64,000 bases of DNA from Clostridiales bacterium. GTDB taxonomy: Bacteria > Bacillota > Clostridia > TANB77 > SIG350. The stretch covers positions 36,721 through 100,720 of the forward strand of contig SVGE01000004.1 of NCBI GenBank assembly GCA_015056545.1. The letters run 5' to 3'. Shown piece by piece: positions 39,388-49,250 of this stretch (the first letter of the stretch is position 1; the number at the start of each line of letters is the position of its first letter). The notes beneath the pieces were generated by a model that was given only the letters and a program-made list of their open reading frames with translations, ran no database searches and was not told the DNA's origin. A program made the translations under genes and the position numbers.

Positions 39388-40014
39388 TTATTCAAAAAAT
39401 TTACCTAATAGCCCATCTAATATGAAATTAGATGATACAAACTCTTTAATTAAATTTCTAGTATAAGGTATCTTAATTATTGCAAATAATATTCCTATCA
39501 TTATTATTATTGTTAATACTTTTGCAAGCCAATCCCTAAAATCTTGTTTCTTGTCCCTGATATAACCATTTCTATATAAATATTGGTTATATAATTCATC
39601 ATAATAAACCTGTGCTTGTCTACGTATCTCTTCATCTGTTACATTAAATGGACTACCTTGCTCTTGTTTTTGTGTTACAACTTCTGTATATTCATTTTGA
39701 TTATTTTTACCATTATTTATATTTTGTTTAGTCTCCTGCTTAAACTTTCCGCTTCTTTTCATTTCTTCTATTATTTCTTGCATCCTAAATTCTTTTAATT
39801 CATTATCATATTGCTGTTTTTTTACAGGATCAGTTAAAACTTCATAAGCTTCATTTATTAATTTCATTTGCTCTTCTGCTTCTTTTTTATTTTCTTCAGG
39901 TTGCAAATCTGGATGATATTTCTTTATAAGTAATTTATGAACTTTTTCAATTGTTTCTTTTGAAGCACTTTCATTTATTTCTAATACACTATAATAATCT
40001 ATCATATTTTTCAC
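39388..40014 (-). CDS. DnaJ (J-domain) protein with C-terminal TM
   Basis: DYYSVLEI...KKYHPDLQ contains the HPD motif. There is a C-terminal hydrophobic helix. Confidence 0.7.
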   Translation of the reverse strand: MKNMIDYYSVLEINESASKETIEKVHKLLIKKYHPDLQPEENKKEAEEQMKLINEAYEVLTDPVKKQQYDNELKEFRMQEIIEEMKRSGKFKQETKQNINNGKNNQNEYTEVVTQKQEQGSPFNVTDEEIRRQAQVYYDELYNQYLYRNGYIRDKKQDFRDWLAKVLTIIIMIGILFAIIKIPYTRNLIKEFVSSNFILDGLLGKFFE

Positions 40015-40460
40015 CTATTTCTTATTTTTTTAAAAAAATCTTTTAATATTTTAGAACATTCTTCTTCCATTATTCCTACTTCATATTCTACTTTATGATT
40101 AAATTTTAAATCATCAAATCCTTTTAATTTAGATATAACTGCACCTGTTTTTATATCTAATGCACCTATATATATTTTATTTATTCTTGATTGAATAATT
40201 GCCCCTGCACACATCATACATGGTTCTAATGTTACATACATTTCACATTCTTCTAATCTCCAGTCATTTATCTTTTTACATGCTTTTTGTATTGCTAATA
40301 TTTCAGCATGACCACATGGATTATTAGTGCTTTCCTTTATATTATGAGCTCTAGCAATTATTTTATTATCTTTAACTATAACAGCTCCTATTGGAACTTC
40401 TTCTTTTTCATATGCTTTTTTAGCTTCATTTAAAGCCTGTTGCATATATTTTTCTTTCAT
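40011..40460 (-). CDS. tadA: tRNA-specific adenosine deaminase
   Basis: HAEILAI and PCMMCAGAI zinc-binding motifs. AAGGTGA RBS with ATG at 40460. Confidence 0.85.
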   Translation of the reverse strand: MKEKYMQQALNEAKKAYEKEEVPIGAVIVKDNKIIARAHNIKESTNNPCGHAEILAIQKACKKINDWRLEECEMYVTLEPCMMCAGAIIQSRINKIYIGALDIKTGAVISKLKGFDDLKFNHKVEYEVGIMEEECSKILKDFFKKIRNR

Positions 40461-40533
40461 AAAAATCACCTTACACTTTATTTACAACCTCATTTTACTA
40501 TTAAATAACCAAAATATCAATATGTATATGTAT

Positions 40534-40570
40534 TTTTATTTGACAGTTAACATAATAAATGCTATAATAT
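40534..40570 (+). promoter_or_regulatory. consensus sigma-A promoter (TTGACA-17 bp-TATAAT) driving a short non-coding transcript
   Basis: tttatTTGACAgttaacataataaatgcTATAATataac. Confidence 0.6.
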
Positions 40571-40574
40571 AACT

Positions 40575-40735
40575 AGGTAAATATTTTTTTATTTGGGGCA
40601 TTCAATTTTTGGAAGAATGGTTATATATGTTAATTGGTCGCGTTCCGACACCATGTCATATGTAACATCCCATTATATGAAGGTATTCCAACCTTCAGAA
40701 GGAGACATTATGTAAAATTTTTTTGTCTAAAATAA
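40575..40735 (+). ncRNA. candidate small RNA (~130-160 nt) of unknown family
   Basis: Sits between the consensus promoter and a T7 run at ~40718-40726, with no plausible ORF. Contains the GC-rich hairpin GGUCGCGUUCCGACACC. Its identity was not established. Confidence 0.3.
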
Positions 40736-40829
40736 GGATTGAGTATACTCAATCCTTTCTCTTTATAAATAAAACGCCTAAATACTAGTAAAATCTTAGT
40801 ATTTAGGCATTTCTTATAATTATTTATAT

Positions 40830-40906
40830 TGGTGTACCTAGCTGGATTCGAACCAGCGGCCTCTCCCTTAGGAGGGGAGCGCTCTATCCTACTGAGCTAT
40901 AGATAC
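40830..40906 (-). tRNA. tRNA-Arg (anticodon CCT)
   Basis: Cloverleaf folded by hand on the minus strand, with anticodon loop cuCCUaa and T-loop ttcgaat. Followed by hairpin aggattgagtatactcaatcct and a T-run (terminator at 40733-40770). Confidence 0.8.
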
Positions 40907-40914
40907 ATTTTATA

Positions 40915-41796
40915 TTAATCTATGCTTTGTAATAATTCATTTAGTTTATTTACATCAAATGTATATTTTTTATTACAAAAATGACATTCTAAATCAATAT
41001 CTTTACCTTCTGAAATGATATCTTTTAATTCATCTTTTCCTAAACTAATTAGACCTTTAGTCATTCTATCTTCACTGCAATCACATATATATTCATTACT
41101 AATTTCACCTAACATAGTTAATAAATATTCATCACCTGTTATAGTTTTGGCAATATCATATAAAGAAATATTATCACTTAACATTTGAGTAATGCTTGGT
41201 ACATTTGATATTATTTTTTCTAATTTATCTATAATTTCTTCTGTTGCATCTGGCATTAGTTGAAGTAAATAACCACCTGCTTTTTTTACTTCATTATTAT
41301 CATCAAAACAAACTCCTAATGCTAATACAGTTGGTATTTGTTCTGATGTTGCATAATAATTAGCAAAATCTTCTGCAATTTCACCAGATACTATTTCAGA
41401 TATCCCTACATATGGCTCTTTTAAGCCAATATCTTTTATTATATAAATATATCCTTCATTTCCTACAATACCTTGTACATCAAGTTTCCCATTTTCTTTT
41501 GGTTTAACTTCTATCTCAGGATTTGTTACACATCCTTTAACTTTTGCTCCTTTTTTAGTAACAACTGTCATACTTCCTATAGGTCCATTTCCTTTAACTT
41601 GAAGTGTTACATTATCTGTATCTTCTTTTAAATCAGCACCAATAATAACCCCCATAGTTAATAATCTTCCTAATGCAGCTGTTGCTGTTTTAGATAAATT
41701 ATGAATTTCTTTTGCTTTTCTTACAACTTCTGTTGTATCAACACATGTAATTTTAGCCATACCTTCATATGCTAAAAACTTTTCTACATTACTCAT
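40915..41796 (-). CDS. hslO: redox-regulated chaperone Hsp33
   Basis: C-terminal zinc centre CDC...CHFC (CxC...CxxC) and Hsp33 N-domain. Confidence 0.85.
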   Translation of the reverse strand: MSNVEKFLAYEGMAKITCVDTTEVVRKAKEIHNLSKTATAALGRLLTMGVIIGADLKEDTDNVTLQVKGNGPIGSMTVVTKKGAKVKGCVTNPEIEVKPKENGKLDVQGIVGNEGYIYIIKDIGLKEPYVGISEIVSGEIAEDFANYYATSEQIPTVLALGVCFDDNNEVKKAGGYLLQLMPDATEEIIDKLEKIISNVPSITQMLSDNISLYDIAKTITGDEYLLTMLGEISNEYICDCSEDRMTKGLISLGKDELKDIISEGKDIDLECHFCNKKYTFDVNKLNELLQSID

Positions 41797-41857
41797 TTTT
41801 CCTCCTAAATATTTTTAAAAGCTCAGCAATAATAGAAGCTGAGCTTTCATTAACTTA

Positions 41858-42061
41858 TTAAAGTACTACTGTTACATTTGATGCTTGTGGTCCTTTTTCT
41901 CCATCTATTACATCAAAAGTTACTGTTGCTCCTTCATCTAATGTTTTATATCCATCTATATTAATTGCACTATAATGTACAAATACATCTTTACCTTCAC
42001 TTCTTTCGATAAATCCTATTCCTCTTTCTGGACTAAACCATTTAACTGTACCTTTTTCCAT
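41858..42061 (-). CDS. cold-shock protein (CspA family)
   Basis: MEKGTVKWF and RNP1-like GIGFI motifs, with VFVHYS (RNP2). A hairpin terminator follows at 41815-41850. Confidence 0.85.
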   Translation of the reverse strand: MEKGTVKWFSPERGIGFIERSEGKDVFVHYSAINIDGYKTLDEGATVTFDVIDGEKGPQASNVTVVL

Positions 42062-42261
42062 TATTATTTCCTCCTTTGCATTATTTAAATATTATGATAC
42101 TTTCAACCATCTTGTTTTAAATCTATTATAAATACCCACTTTTATTAATAATCAAAACTGTATAAGTTATATCATATTCTAAGTTTAAATTCAATACTAA
42201 AATGGATTAATTTTGTTTTTTATATAAACAAAATTAGTAAAAGGAATCAGATTGATTCCTT

Positions 42262-42645
42262 TTACTTGTTACTTTCTTTCATTTTTTGTTCCAACTTCAT
42301 ACATACTGCAGATATAATAAAAAATAAAATAAGTGATGTGATTGCAATAGGATAAGGCGTTGCTATTTTCATTAAACCTTTCTCTTTGGCAACAATTGAA
42401 GAAAATGATAATATAAGTATAATACCATTTATTCCTTCTAATGTAAGCCATATATTTAGTTTCACATTTTTCTTTTTTATTATATCATAACTCGATGTAA
42501 ATATTACCGCAAACATAACAAATATAAATAATACAAATAAAAACATTCCGCCATGTAATTGTATATGTTTTGATAATCCATACATCATTAATAATGTACA
42601 TATTACAGACAATACTAGTGATATAACTGCTTTCTTCCAATTCAT
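42262..42645 (-). CDS. hypothetical membrane protein
   Basis: 127 aa with four hydrophobic segments. Confidence 0.45.
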   Translation of the reverse strand: MNWKKAVISLVLSVICTLLMMYGLSKHIQLHGGMFLFVLFIFVMFAVIFTSSYDIIKKKNVKLNIWLTLEGINGIILILSFSSIVAKEKGLMKIATPYPIAITSLILFFIISAVCMKLEQKMKESNK

Positions 42646-42766
42646 ATAATACGTCCTCCTTAAAAATAACTTTTAATTTTGATTTATATTTTTTAATTTT
42701 TCACAATTATATCATAAAATTAAAATTATGTAAATAAAAAACATCAAACTATAAGTTTGATGTTTT

Positions 42767-42843
42767 TGGTAGCGGCAGTTAGAATCGAACTAACGACACT
42801 ACGGGTATGAACCGTATGCTCTAGCCAACTGAGCTATGCCGCC
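42767..42843 (-). tRNA. tRNA-Met (anticodon CAT; probably elongator or tRNA-Ile2, not initiator)
   Basis: Cloverleaf folded by hand. The anticodon stem lacks the three G-C pairs of an initiator. A terminator hairpin with T-run lies at 42738-42766. Confidence 0.75.
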
Positions 42844-42916
42844 ATATTTAAATGCTAATTAATAATAACAAATTAATTAGCATTTGTCAATAACTTAATT
42901 TATATTTTGATAAAAA

Positions 42917-44173
42917 TTAATAAATTTGTGGTTGATTTAACATCATAAAATTACTAAATAGCTCATTTGCAGATTTAACATTACCCAAATTAACACTTTC
43001 TTCTTCATGTTTAAACGATAGTTTTTCATCAAATGTTATAACAATTTTTGTTGTTTGATTTAGATTAAAACCAATATTCCCTTTTCCTTCTATTTCACCT
43101 TCATTATTTTCTTCTCCTGTAAATTGAGCAAACATTTTATATTCTCCATATTCAGCATTAATAGAAAAATTGTAATTTTCAATATTAAATTTAAAGTTAA
43201 AATTCCCTGCTGATATAGTTAAGCTATACATATCATTATTTTTAGTTAATGATAAATTTATCTTTTGATTGTTTTTTTCTAAATCAATACTTACACCGTT
43301 TTCATTTATATACATATTAGCTGTAAATTTAATAATTGATTTTTCTGTTCTTGTTATTACTATTTTATCTGTTTTAGAATTTAATAAACCAGATGTGTAT
43401 ATATCTAATTTTGTAACATTACTATCTAATGCTTCAATTTCTTTAATATTTTTTATATCTTCTTCTACATTTTTTACTACTTTATCTTTTTCTATATCGT
43501 TAAGATTTGAATATAATTCAATAAACTCTTCATTTTCTTTTAATACATTTAATGTATCAATTATTATTTCTTTTACTCTTTTATCTGTTAATGATATACC
43601 TATTTTAGTTTGTTTTGTTGTATCATCTGTTAATCTATAAAAATCTAAATCTTTTAATTGCTTTTTTGCAGTTTTGTATATTAAGTTATACATTTGTTGT
43701 ATATCTTTTATATTATAATTTTCATTTACTTCAATTTTTTCATCATTTAACTGATATGTTTGATTATTTAAATTAATATATATTATACCTTCTTTTTCAT
43801 ATAATCCTGCATTAATATTTTGCCCTTGCATTTCAGAAGATAATTTAATTATATTATATTCATTTTCCTTGCTTAAATTTGTATGTATAGTTCCTGTTAT
43901 TAACTCAGTAGATACTTTTTCATTTTCAATGTTTTGTTCCATATTTGCTTTAAAAGTAACATCTTCAACTATATTTTCTTTATCATATTCACTAATAATA
44001 TCAAACCCATTATTTACAGCTATATCAAATATTTTATCTACTCTTGACATAACAGCTAACTTATCATTAGATGTATAAAATATTAATCCACCTATAACAC
44101 CTACAAAAACTATTAAAAAAATTAATATAGCAACAATTTTTTTGTTTTGTTCATCATTAAACCTATATTCCAT
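42917..44173 (-). CDS. hypothetical N-terminally anchored protein
   Basis: 418 aa with an N-terminal TM and no recognisable motif. Confidence 0.45.
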   Translation of the reverse strand: MEYRFNDEQNKKIVAILIFLIVFVGVIGGLIFYTSNDKLAVMSRVDKIFDIAVNNGFDIISEYDKENIVEDVTFKANMEQNIENEKVSTELITGTIHTNLSKENEYNIIKLSSEMQGQNINAGLYEKEGIIYINLNNQTYQLNDEKIEVNENYNIKDIQQMYNLIYKTAKKQLKDLDFYRLTDDTTKQTKIGISLTDKRVKEIIIDTLNVLKENEEFIELYSNLNDIEKDKVVKNVEEDIKNIKEIEALDSNVTKLDIYTSGLLNSKTDKIVITRTEKSIIKFTANMYINENGVSIDLEKNNQKINLSLTKNNDMYSLTISAGNFNFKFNIENYNFSINAEYGEYKMFAQFTGEENNEGEIEGKGNIGFNLNQTTKIVITFDEKLSFKHEEESVNLGNVKSANELFSNFMMLNQPQIY

Positions 44174-44232
44174 CTTTTTATCCTCCGTTCTTTTTTTCTT
44201 TATACTATCATAAGTAAATTAACATTTCAATA

Positions 44233-45108
44233 TTAATTTTTACTAAATCCATTTCCTAAAACTTCTTTTGCTTCATTAATTATTACAAATGCATTTGTAT
44301 CTATATTCTTAACTATTTCTTTTAAATCAGATAATTGATATTTATTTACAACACAATAAATAACTTGTTTTTTGTTTTTTGTATAATATCCTTCAGAATT
44401 TAATAAAGTAACTCCTCTACTTAACTTTTGTATAATAATATCTGCTATTTCATTTGTTTTATTTGAAATAATATATACAGCTTTTGCATAATTTATACCT
44501 TCAACTATAATATCTATTGCTTTTTTAGAAATGAATATTGCTATAATTGAATATAGTCCAACATCAATATTTTTAAATACAAAAATAAATAATCCTATAA
44601 TGATAATATCAAAAATAACTATTACTTCCGTTAAGCCTACTTTCTTAAAATAATGATTACTAATTTTTGCAATAAGCTCGCTTCCTCCAGTTGTTGAATT
44701 AGCTATTAAATTAAGTCCTATCCCTGTTCCAGATAATATTCCACCACAAACACTTGCTAAAAGTAAATCATTAGTTACAACAAACTTATCTTGTAATAAA
44801 TTTGAAAATAGACCATAAATTAATATAGATATTGTTGTTCTAAAAATAAATTTAAAACCAAATAAATATGCTGAATAGATTATAAATATTATATTTAATC
44901 CAATTATAATTGTACCAACTTTTATATCTAAAAAATAATTAATAATTGTAGCTAAACCAGAAAATCCACCAGTAGATAATTGATTTGGCAATAAAAAAAT
45001 ACTAACACTTGTTGCTAATAATAAATCTCCTAATATTATTAAAATATAATCTTTCAATGTTTTCATAAAATTCACTCCAAAAATAAAAATACAAAAAATA
45101 AATATCAC
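44233..45108 (-). CDS. YitT-family (DUF161/DUF2179) membrane protein
   Basis: N-terminus LIILGDLLLATSVSIFLLPNQLSTGGFSGLA, typical of YitT. Confidence 0.65.
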   Translation of the reverse strand: MIFIFCIFIFGVNFMKTLKDYILIILGDLLLATSVSIFLLPNQLSTGGFSGLATIINYFLDIKVGTIIIGLNIIFIIYSAYLFGFKFIFRTTISILIYGLFSNLLQDKFVVTNDLLLASVCGGILSGTGIGLNLIANSTTGGSELIAKISNHYFKKVGLTEVIVIFDIIIIGLFIFVFKNIDVGLYSIIAIFISKKAIDIIVEGINYAKAVYIISNKTNEIADIIIQKLSRGVTLLNSEGYYTKNKKQVIYCVVNKYQLSDLKEIVKNIDTNAFVIINEAKEVLGNGFSKN

Positions 45109-45150
45109 TATCTATTTTTTGTATAATATGTTATTTTATTCATTTTTAAT

Positions 45151-45894
45151 TTATTTACTCTCTTTTTTTCCTTTAAATAATACAACCAATAAAAATTTTG
45201 GTAATACCATCATTCTTCCAATTCTTGATGGCTGTTTTAATAATCTATAAAACCACTCAAGCCCTAGCTTTTGGAATATTTTTGGAGCTCTTTTTACAGT
45301 TCCAGCAAAAACATCTATTGTGCCACCACAGCCAATTGCAATTTTTACATTTAACTTATCTTTATTATCATATATAAATTTTTCTTGTTTCTCCATACCT
45401 AAGCCTACAAGTAAAATATTGGCACCAGATAAGTTTATATTTTCAATTATTTCTGGAATAGCGTCTTGATTAAAATATCCATCTTGAAGGCCAACAACTT
45501 TTAAATTATATTTTTCTTCAAGTTTTTGTTTAGCTATCTGAGCAACACCAGGTTTTGCACCTAAAATATATACTTTTTTTTCTACACTACTTTCAGTATT
45601 TTCAAATAAATTACAAATTAAATCAAAACCCGCTACTCTTTCTTTAAGAGGTGTTTTTAATATTTTACTTCCATAAATAACTCCTATCCCATCTGGAATA
45701 ACTAACTCAGAATTATTGATAATGTTTTTGAACTCTTCATTTTTTCTTGCATGCATTACTATCTCAGGATTTGGAGTTATTATCATATTAAGTTTATCTG
45801 ATAATAGAAATTCATTGCATTTATTAACAGCATCTTGCATTTTAACATTATTAAAATTAATACCTAAAACATTAATCTTATTTACATTTTCCAT
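45151..45894 (-). CDS. tagA: WecB/TagA/CpsF-family glycosyltransferase
   Basis: INVLGINFN...ITPNPEIVM...GVIYGSK family pattern. Confidence 0.75.
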   Translation of the reverse strand: MENVNKINVLGINFNNVKMQDAVNKCNEFLLSDKLNMIITPNPEIVMHARKNEEFKNIINNSELVIPDGIGVIYGSKILKTPLKERVAGFDLICNLFENTESSVEKKVYILGAKPGVAQIAKQKLEEKYNLKVVGLQDGYFNQDAIPEIIENINLSGANILLVGLGMEKQEKFIYDNKDKLNVKIAIGCGGTIDVFAGTVKRAPKIFQKLGLEWFYRLLKQPSRIGRMMVLPKFLLVVLFKGKKESK

Positions 45895-46960
45895 CTAAAA
45901 TATCTCCCATAATTTCATTTATAATTTTCTTTCTACTATCTGTATTTTCAAAAACTTTTTTATCATATTTATCGTTAAATATCTTACCTACTTCTTTCAA
46001 AATAGCCTCTTCATTAAGTTTAGAATAATCTGAAACTGCTTTCATTCCTATATCTTGTAAAAATCCATCTATTTTTGGGTCATAACTAATTCCTATTGTT
46101 GGAACATTTGCAATAGTTGAAAATACTAATGAGTGTAATCTTACACCAATATTTAAACTCATTAAAGACATTAATCCAGCTACTTGAGATGGCAAAAATT
46201 CTCCATAAATCAAATGATTTTTTGTTTCCATTTTTTCTATTACTTTAACTGTAAAAGCATAATCTTGTGATTTATGAAATGGTATAAATACTATTTCTGC
46301 ATTATGTTCATTAGCTATTTTATCTAATACTCTAGCAAAGTTAACTTCATTTCTAATATTTTTCCATGGTCTTAAAGAAACTCCGATATATGTCTTTTCA
46401 TTTGAATAATTTTGAATATATTTTTTTATTAATTGAGTATTTTCTTTTTCTTCTGGTACTTTAAGTCCAAATATTAAATCTGTTGCAACTATAGTTCTAG
46501 AAATATCAAACTCTAATCTTTTCATTTCTTCTAAAGATTTATTATCTCTTAAAACAATATAGTTTACTTTGGATAATATTTTTCTAGTAAGCCATATATT
46601 AAACTTATTATTTATAGGACCCATTCCTTGAAATAATATATATGTTTCTTTCTTTAAAAATATTCCTAATAATATTATGAATAAATAATACCAAATACTC
46701 GCAACTGTTGTTATATCTTGAAGCAAAGTTCCTCCTCCACTTATTAATATATCTGATTTTTTAATCTCAGACATAATCTTAAAAGGGTTACTTCTATCAA
46801 TTGCATTAATATTAAATTGTTTTTTTGTTTTATCTGGGTTTTTAGATAATACAGTTACATCTAATTCTTTATTTTTTAATATGGTTGAAAATGTTTCAAC
46901 CATTGCATCATCACCAACATTATCAAAACCATAATAACCTGAAATTACTACTTTTTTCAT
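45878..46960 (-). CDS. csaB: polysaccharide pyruvyl transferase CsaB
   Basis: ISGYYGFDNVGDDAM N-terminal motif. Confidence 0.75.
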   Translation of the reverse strand: MKKVVISGYYGFDNVGDDAMVETFSTILKNKELDVTVLSKNPDKTKKQFNINAIDRSNPFKIMSEIKKSDILISGGGTLLQDITTVASIWYYLFIILLGIFLKKETYILFQGMGPINNKFNIWLTRKILSKVNYIVLRDNKSLEEMKRLEFDISRTIVATDLIFGLKVPEEKENTQLIKKYIQNYSNEKTYIGVSLRPWKNIRNEVNFARVLDKIANEHNAEIVFIPFHKSQDYAFTVKVIEKMETKNHLIYGEFLPSQVAGLMSLMSLNIGVRLHSLVFSTIANVPTIGISYDPKIDGFLQDIGMKAVSDYSKLNEEAILKEVGKIFNDKYDKKVFENTDSRKKIINEIMGDILDGKCK

Positions 46961-46961
46961 A

Positions 46962-47984
46962 TTACTCCTTATTCTCTATAATATATTGATTCTCTCCAAT
47001 GTTATTATCTATTTGTACCTTAACATTAATATCATATCTGCTTTTTATTTTCAATATATTTTCTTTCTTATTTCCAATTATTTTACTAATTTCTTTATTA
47101 TTACATTTAATAATTAAATCTTTACTTCTTAAATCGTTATTTTTTATATATTCTTCTATTTCTAAAAAACGAATATATTGACTAACTAGCTCCCCAAATG
47201 CCGGATGGAACGGTCCAGCTACAACATCTCTACCTTCATTTATATTATCTGTTGTTTGAAGTCCCATTCTTATAACAATAATATTTTCTTTTTCAAACAT
47301 TTGAAATAGCTTTGCACTAATTTTTATAGCTTTTTCTAAATCACATGCTTGATAGATTCCATTATAATACTCTTCCTCAAGTGGTGTATCTTTTATTACT
47401 AAAACAGGATAAATTCTAACACAATATGGTTTTAATTTTATAAACTCTTTTGCTGTTTGAATTTCTTTTTCTTCATTACTTTCTGGAAGACCTACCATCA
47501 TTTGAAGTCCTAGTAATATACCATTTTTTTTAATAAGCTTGCTAGCATTAATTACATCTTGACTTGTATGTCCCCTAAGAGCTCTATTTAATACTTCATT
47601 ATTCATTGACTGAACACCAAGTTCAATTAATCTAACACCATATTTTTTTAAATAATCTAATATTTCTTGATTAATATAATCTGGTCTTGTAGATAATCTA
47701 ATACTATTAATCTTTTTATTCTTTATATATTCATTTGCAACTTTTAAAAGCTCTATTTGTTTTTCATATTCAATTCCTGTAAAACTTCCACCATAAAAAG
47801 CTACTTCTATATTAGAATAATCTATATTATTATTAATTTCCAAATACTCATCTATTATTTTTCTAACATCGTCTGTTGTAAGATCTTTAATTTGACCACT
47901 TATTTTTTTTTGATTACAAAAAATACATTGATTTGGACACCCTTTATGTGGAACAAATATTGGAATAATATAATTATGCTTCAT
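46962..47984 (-). CDS. radical SAM protein (TIGR01212/ELP3-like)
   Basis: CPNQCIFCNQ CxxxCxxC near the N-terminus. Confidence 0.7.
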   Translation of the reverse strand: MKHNYIIPIFVPHKGCPNQCIFCNQKKISGQIKDLTTDDVRKIIDEYLEINNNIDYSNIEVAFYGGSFTGIEYEKQIELLKVANEYIKNKKINSIRLSTRPDYINQEILDYLKKYGVRLIELGVQSMNNEVLNRALRGHTSQDVINASKLIKKNGILLGLQMMVGLPESNEEKEIQTAKEFIKLKPYCVRIYPVLVIKDTPLEEEYYNGIYQACDLEKAIKISAKLFQMFEKENIIVIRMGLQTTDNINEGRDVVAGPFHPAFGELVSQYIRFLEIEEYIKNNDLRSKDLIIKCNNKEISKIIGNKKENILKIKSRYDINVKVQIDNNIGENQYIIENKE

Positions 47985-48660
47985 ATTTCATCCTTTCTAT
48001 CGCCATCTTTGCAGCCATTTGTTCAGCTTCTTTTTTAGTTTTTCCAATTCCATTTCCTATTTGTACATTATCACATAATGCTTTCATATAAAATGTTTTA
48101 TCATGTTCAGGTCCTTCTGCTCTAATAAGTACATATTCTAATTTTCTTGTAGGGTCTCTTTGTATAATTTCTTGAAGTGTTGTCTTATAATCTTTTACTC
48201 CTAACCCTTTAATAGACTCAGCTACATATTCTGCTAAATTATTTAAAATAAATTTTTGAGACTCAATATATCCTCCATCTAAATATATTGCTCCAATAAC
48301 AGCTTCAACACAATCAGCAAGCATTGAAGGTCTTCTTTTTCCATTATTTCCAATATGTTCACTTCTACTTACTAATAAGAAATTACTAAAATTATGCTTT
48401 GTTGCGACTTTAACTAATGTTTTTTCACAAACAACACTAGCTCTAACTTTAGTCATTTCTCCCTCTGGTAATTCCGGAAAATTTTTAAATAAATATTCAC
48501 TTATTGTTAATTCTAAAACCGCATCACCTAAAAATTCTAATCTTTCGTTATTTTCTATCTTGTTTTGTTTTTCATGTGAATATGATCTATGTACAAAAGC
48601 TGTTTCTAATAATTTTACATTTTTGAATTGATATCCTATCTCTATATCTATTTTTCTCAT
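47974..48660 (-). CDS. rnc: ribonuclease III
   Basis: ERLEFLGDAVLEL signature and C-terminal dsRBD. Confidence 0.9.
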   Translation of the reverse strand: MRKIDIEIGYQFKNVKLLETAFVHRSYSHEKQNKIENNERLEFLGDAVLELTISEYLFKNFPELPEGEMTKVRASVVCEKTLVKVATKHNFSNFLLVSRSEHIGNNGKRRPSMLADCVEAVIGAIYLDGGYIESQKFILNNLAEYVAESIKGLGVKDYKTTLQEIIQRDPTRKLEYVLIRAEGPEHDKTFYMKALCDNVQIGNGIGKTKKEAEQMAAKMAIERMKYEA

Positions 48661-48761
48661 CTTTACCTCCTAAAAATAAACACTTCCAACCTAGCTTAAA
48701 TTATATTATATATTTAGCTAAATTGGAAGTATATTTTAATAATTTAGTATAAGAATTGTCT

Positions 48762-49079
48762 TTAAAATAAATCTAAAAATTTTTCAAGCGTTATTTCATT
48801 CCACTCTTTACCATTCCATCTTAAAACTACCACACCATCAAGTTTAGGATCTAATAATAAATCCAACCATTCTTCAGTTATCTGACTGTCTGTTGCAATA
48901 TAGTCTGAATGTTTTGCGATAGTTTTCATTACACCATTTATATTAGTTATGCCATCTTTATAACAAGTATTACTAATTTGTAACTCAAACGAACCTACCT
49001 TTTCCCGCAACTTTAAATCAATAACACCTATTTCTTTATAAATTGTTTTACCTGCCCACAAAATTTTCTTAGACATATT
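48762..49079 (-). CDS. hypothetical protein
   Basis: AGGAGG RBS supports start at MSKKILWAG. 105 aa. Confidence 0.45.
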   Translation of the reverse strand, partial: NMSKKILWAGKTIYKEIGVIDLKLREKVGSFELQISNTCYKDGITNINGVMKTIAKHSDYIATDSQITEEWLDLLLDPKLDGVVVLRWNGKEWNEITLEKFLDLF

Positions 49080-49250
49080 ATTCCTCCTAAAAAATTCATC
49101 TACTTTTGACATAACGTCAAATAGCTTAACATGTTTTTTATACATTTTAAATTATACCACACTTTACATAATGTTGCAATTGTATATTTTTCATTTAGTT
49201 CCGAGAAAAAAATGCTAGAACTCTTTGTTCCAGCATTTTTATTTATTATT

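Noticed and set aside
40575-40735. SRP (4.5S/scRNA) RNA next to tadA, as in the Bacillus tadA-scr arrangement
   Set aside because: Neither strand contains the conserved domain IV sequence (AGGUCCGGAAGGAAGCAGCC-like). It is kept only as an unclassified sRNA candidate.
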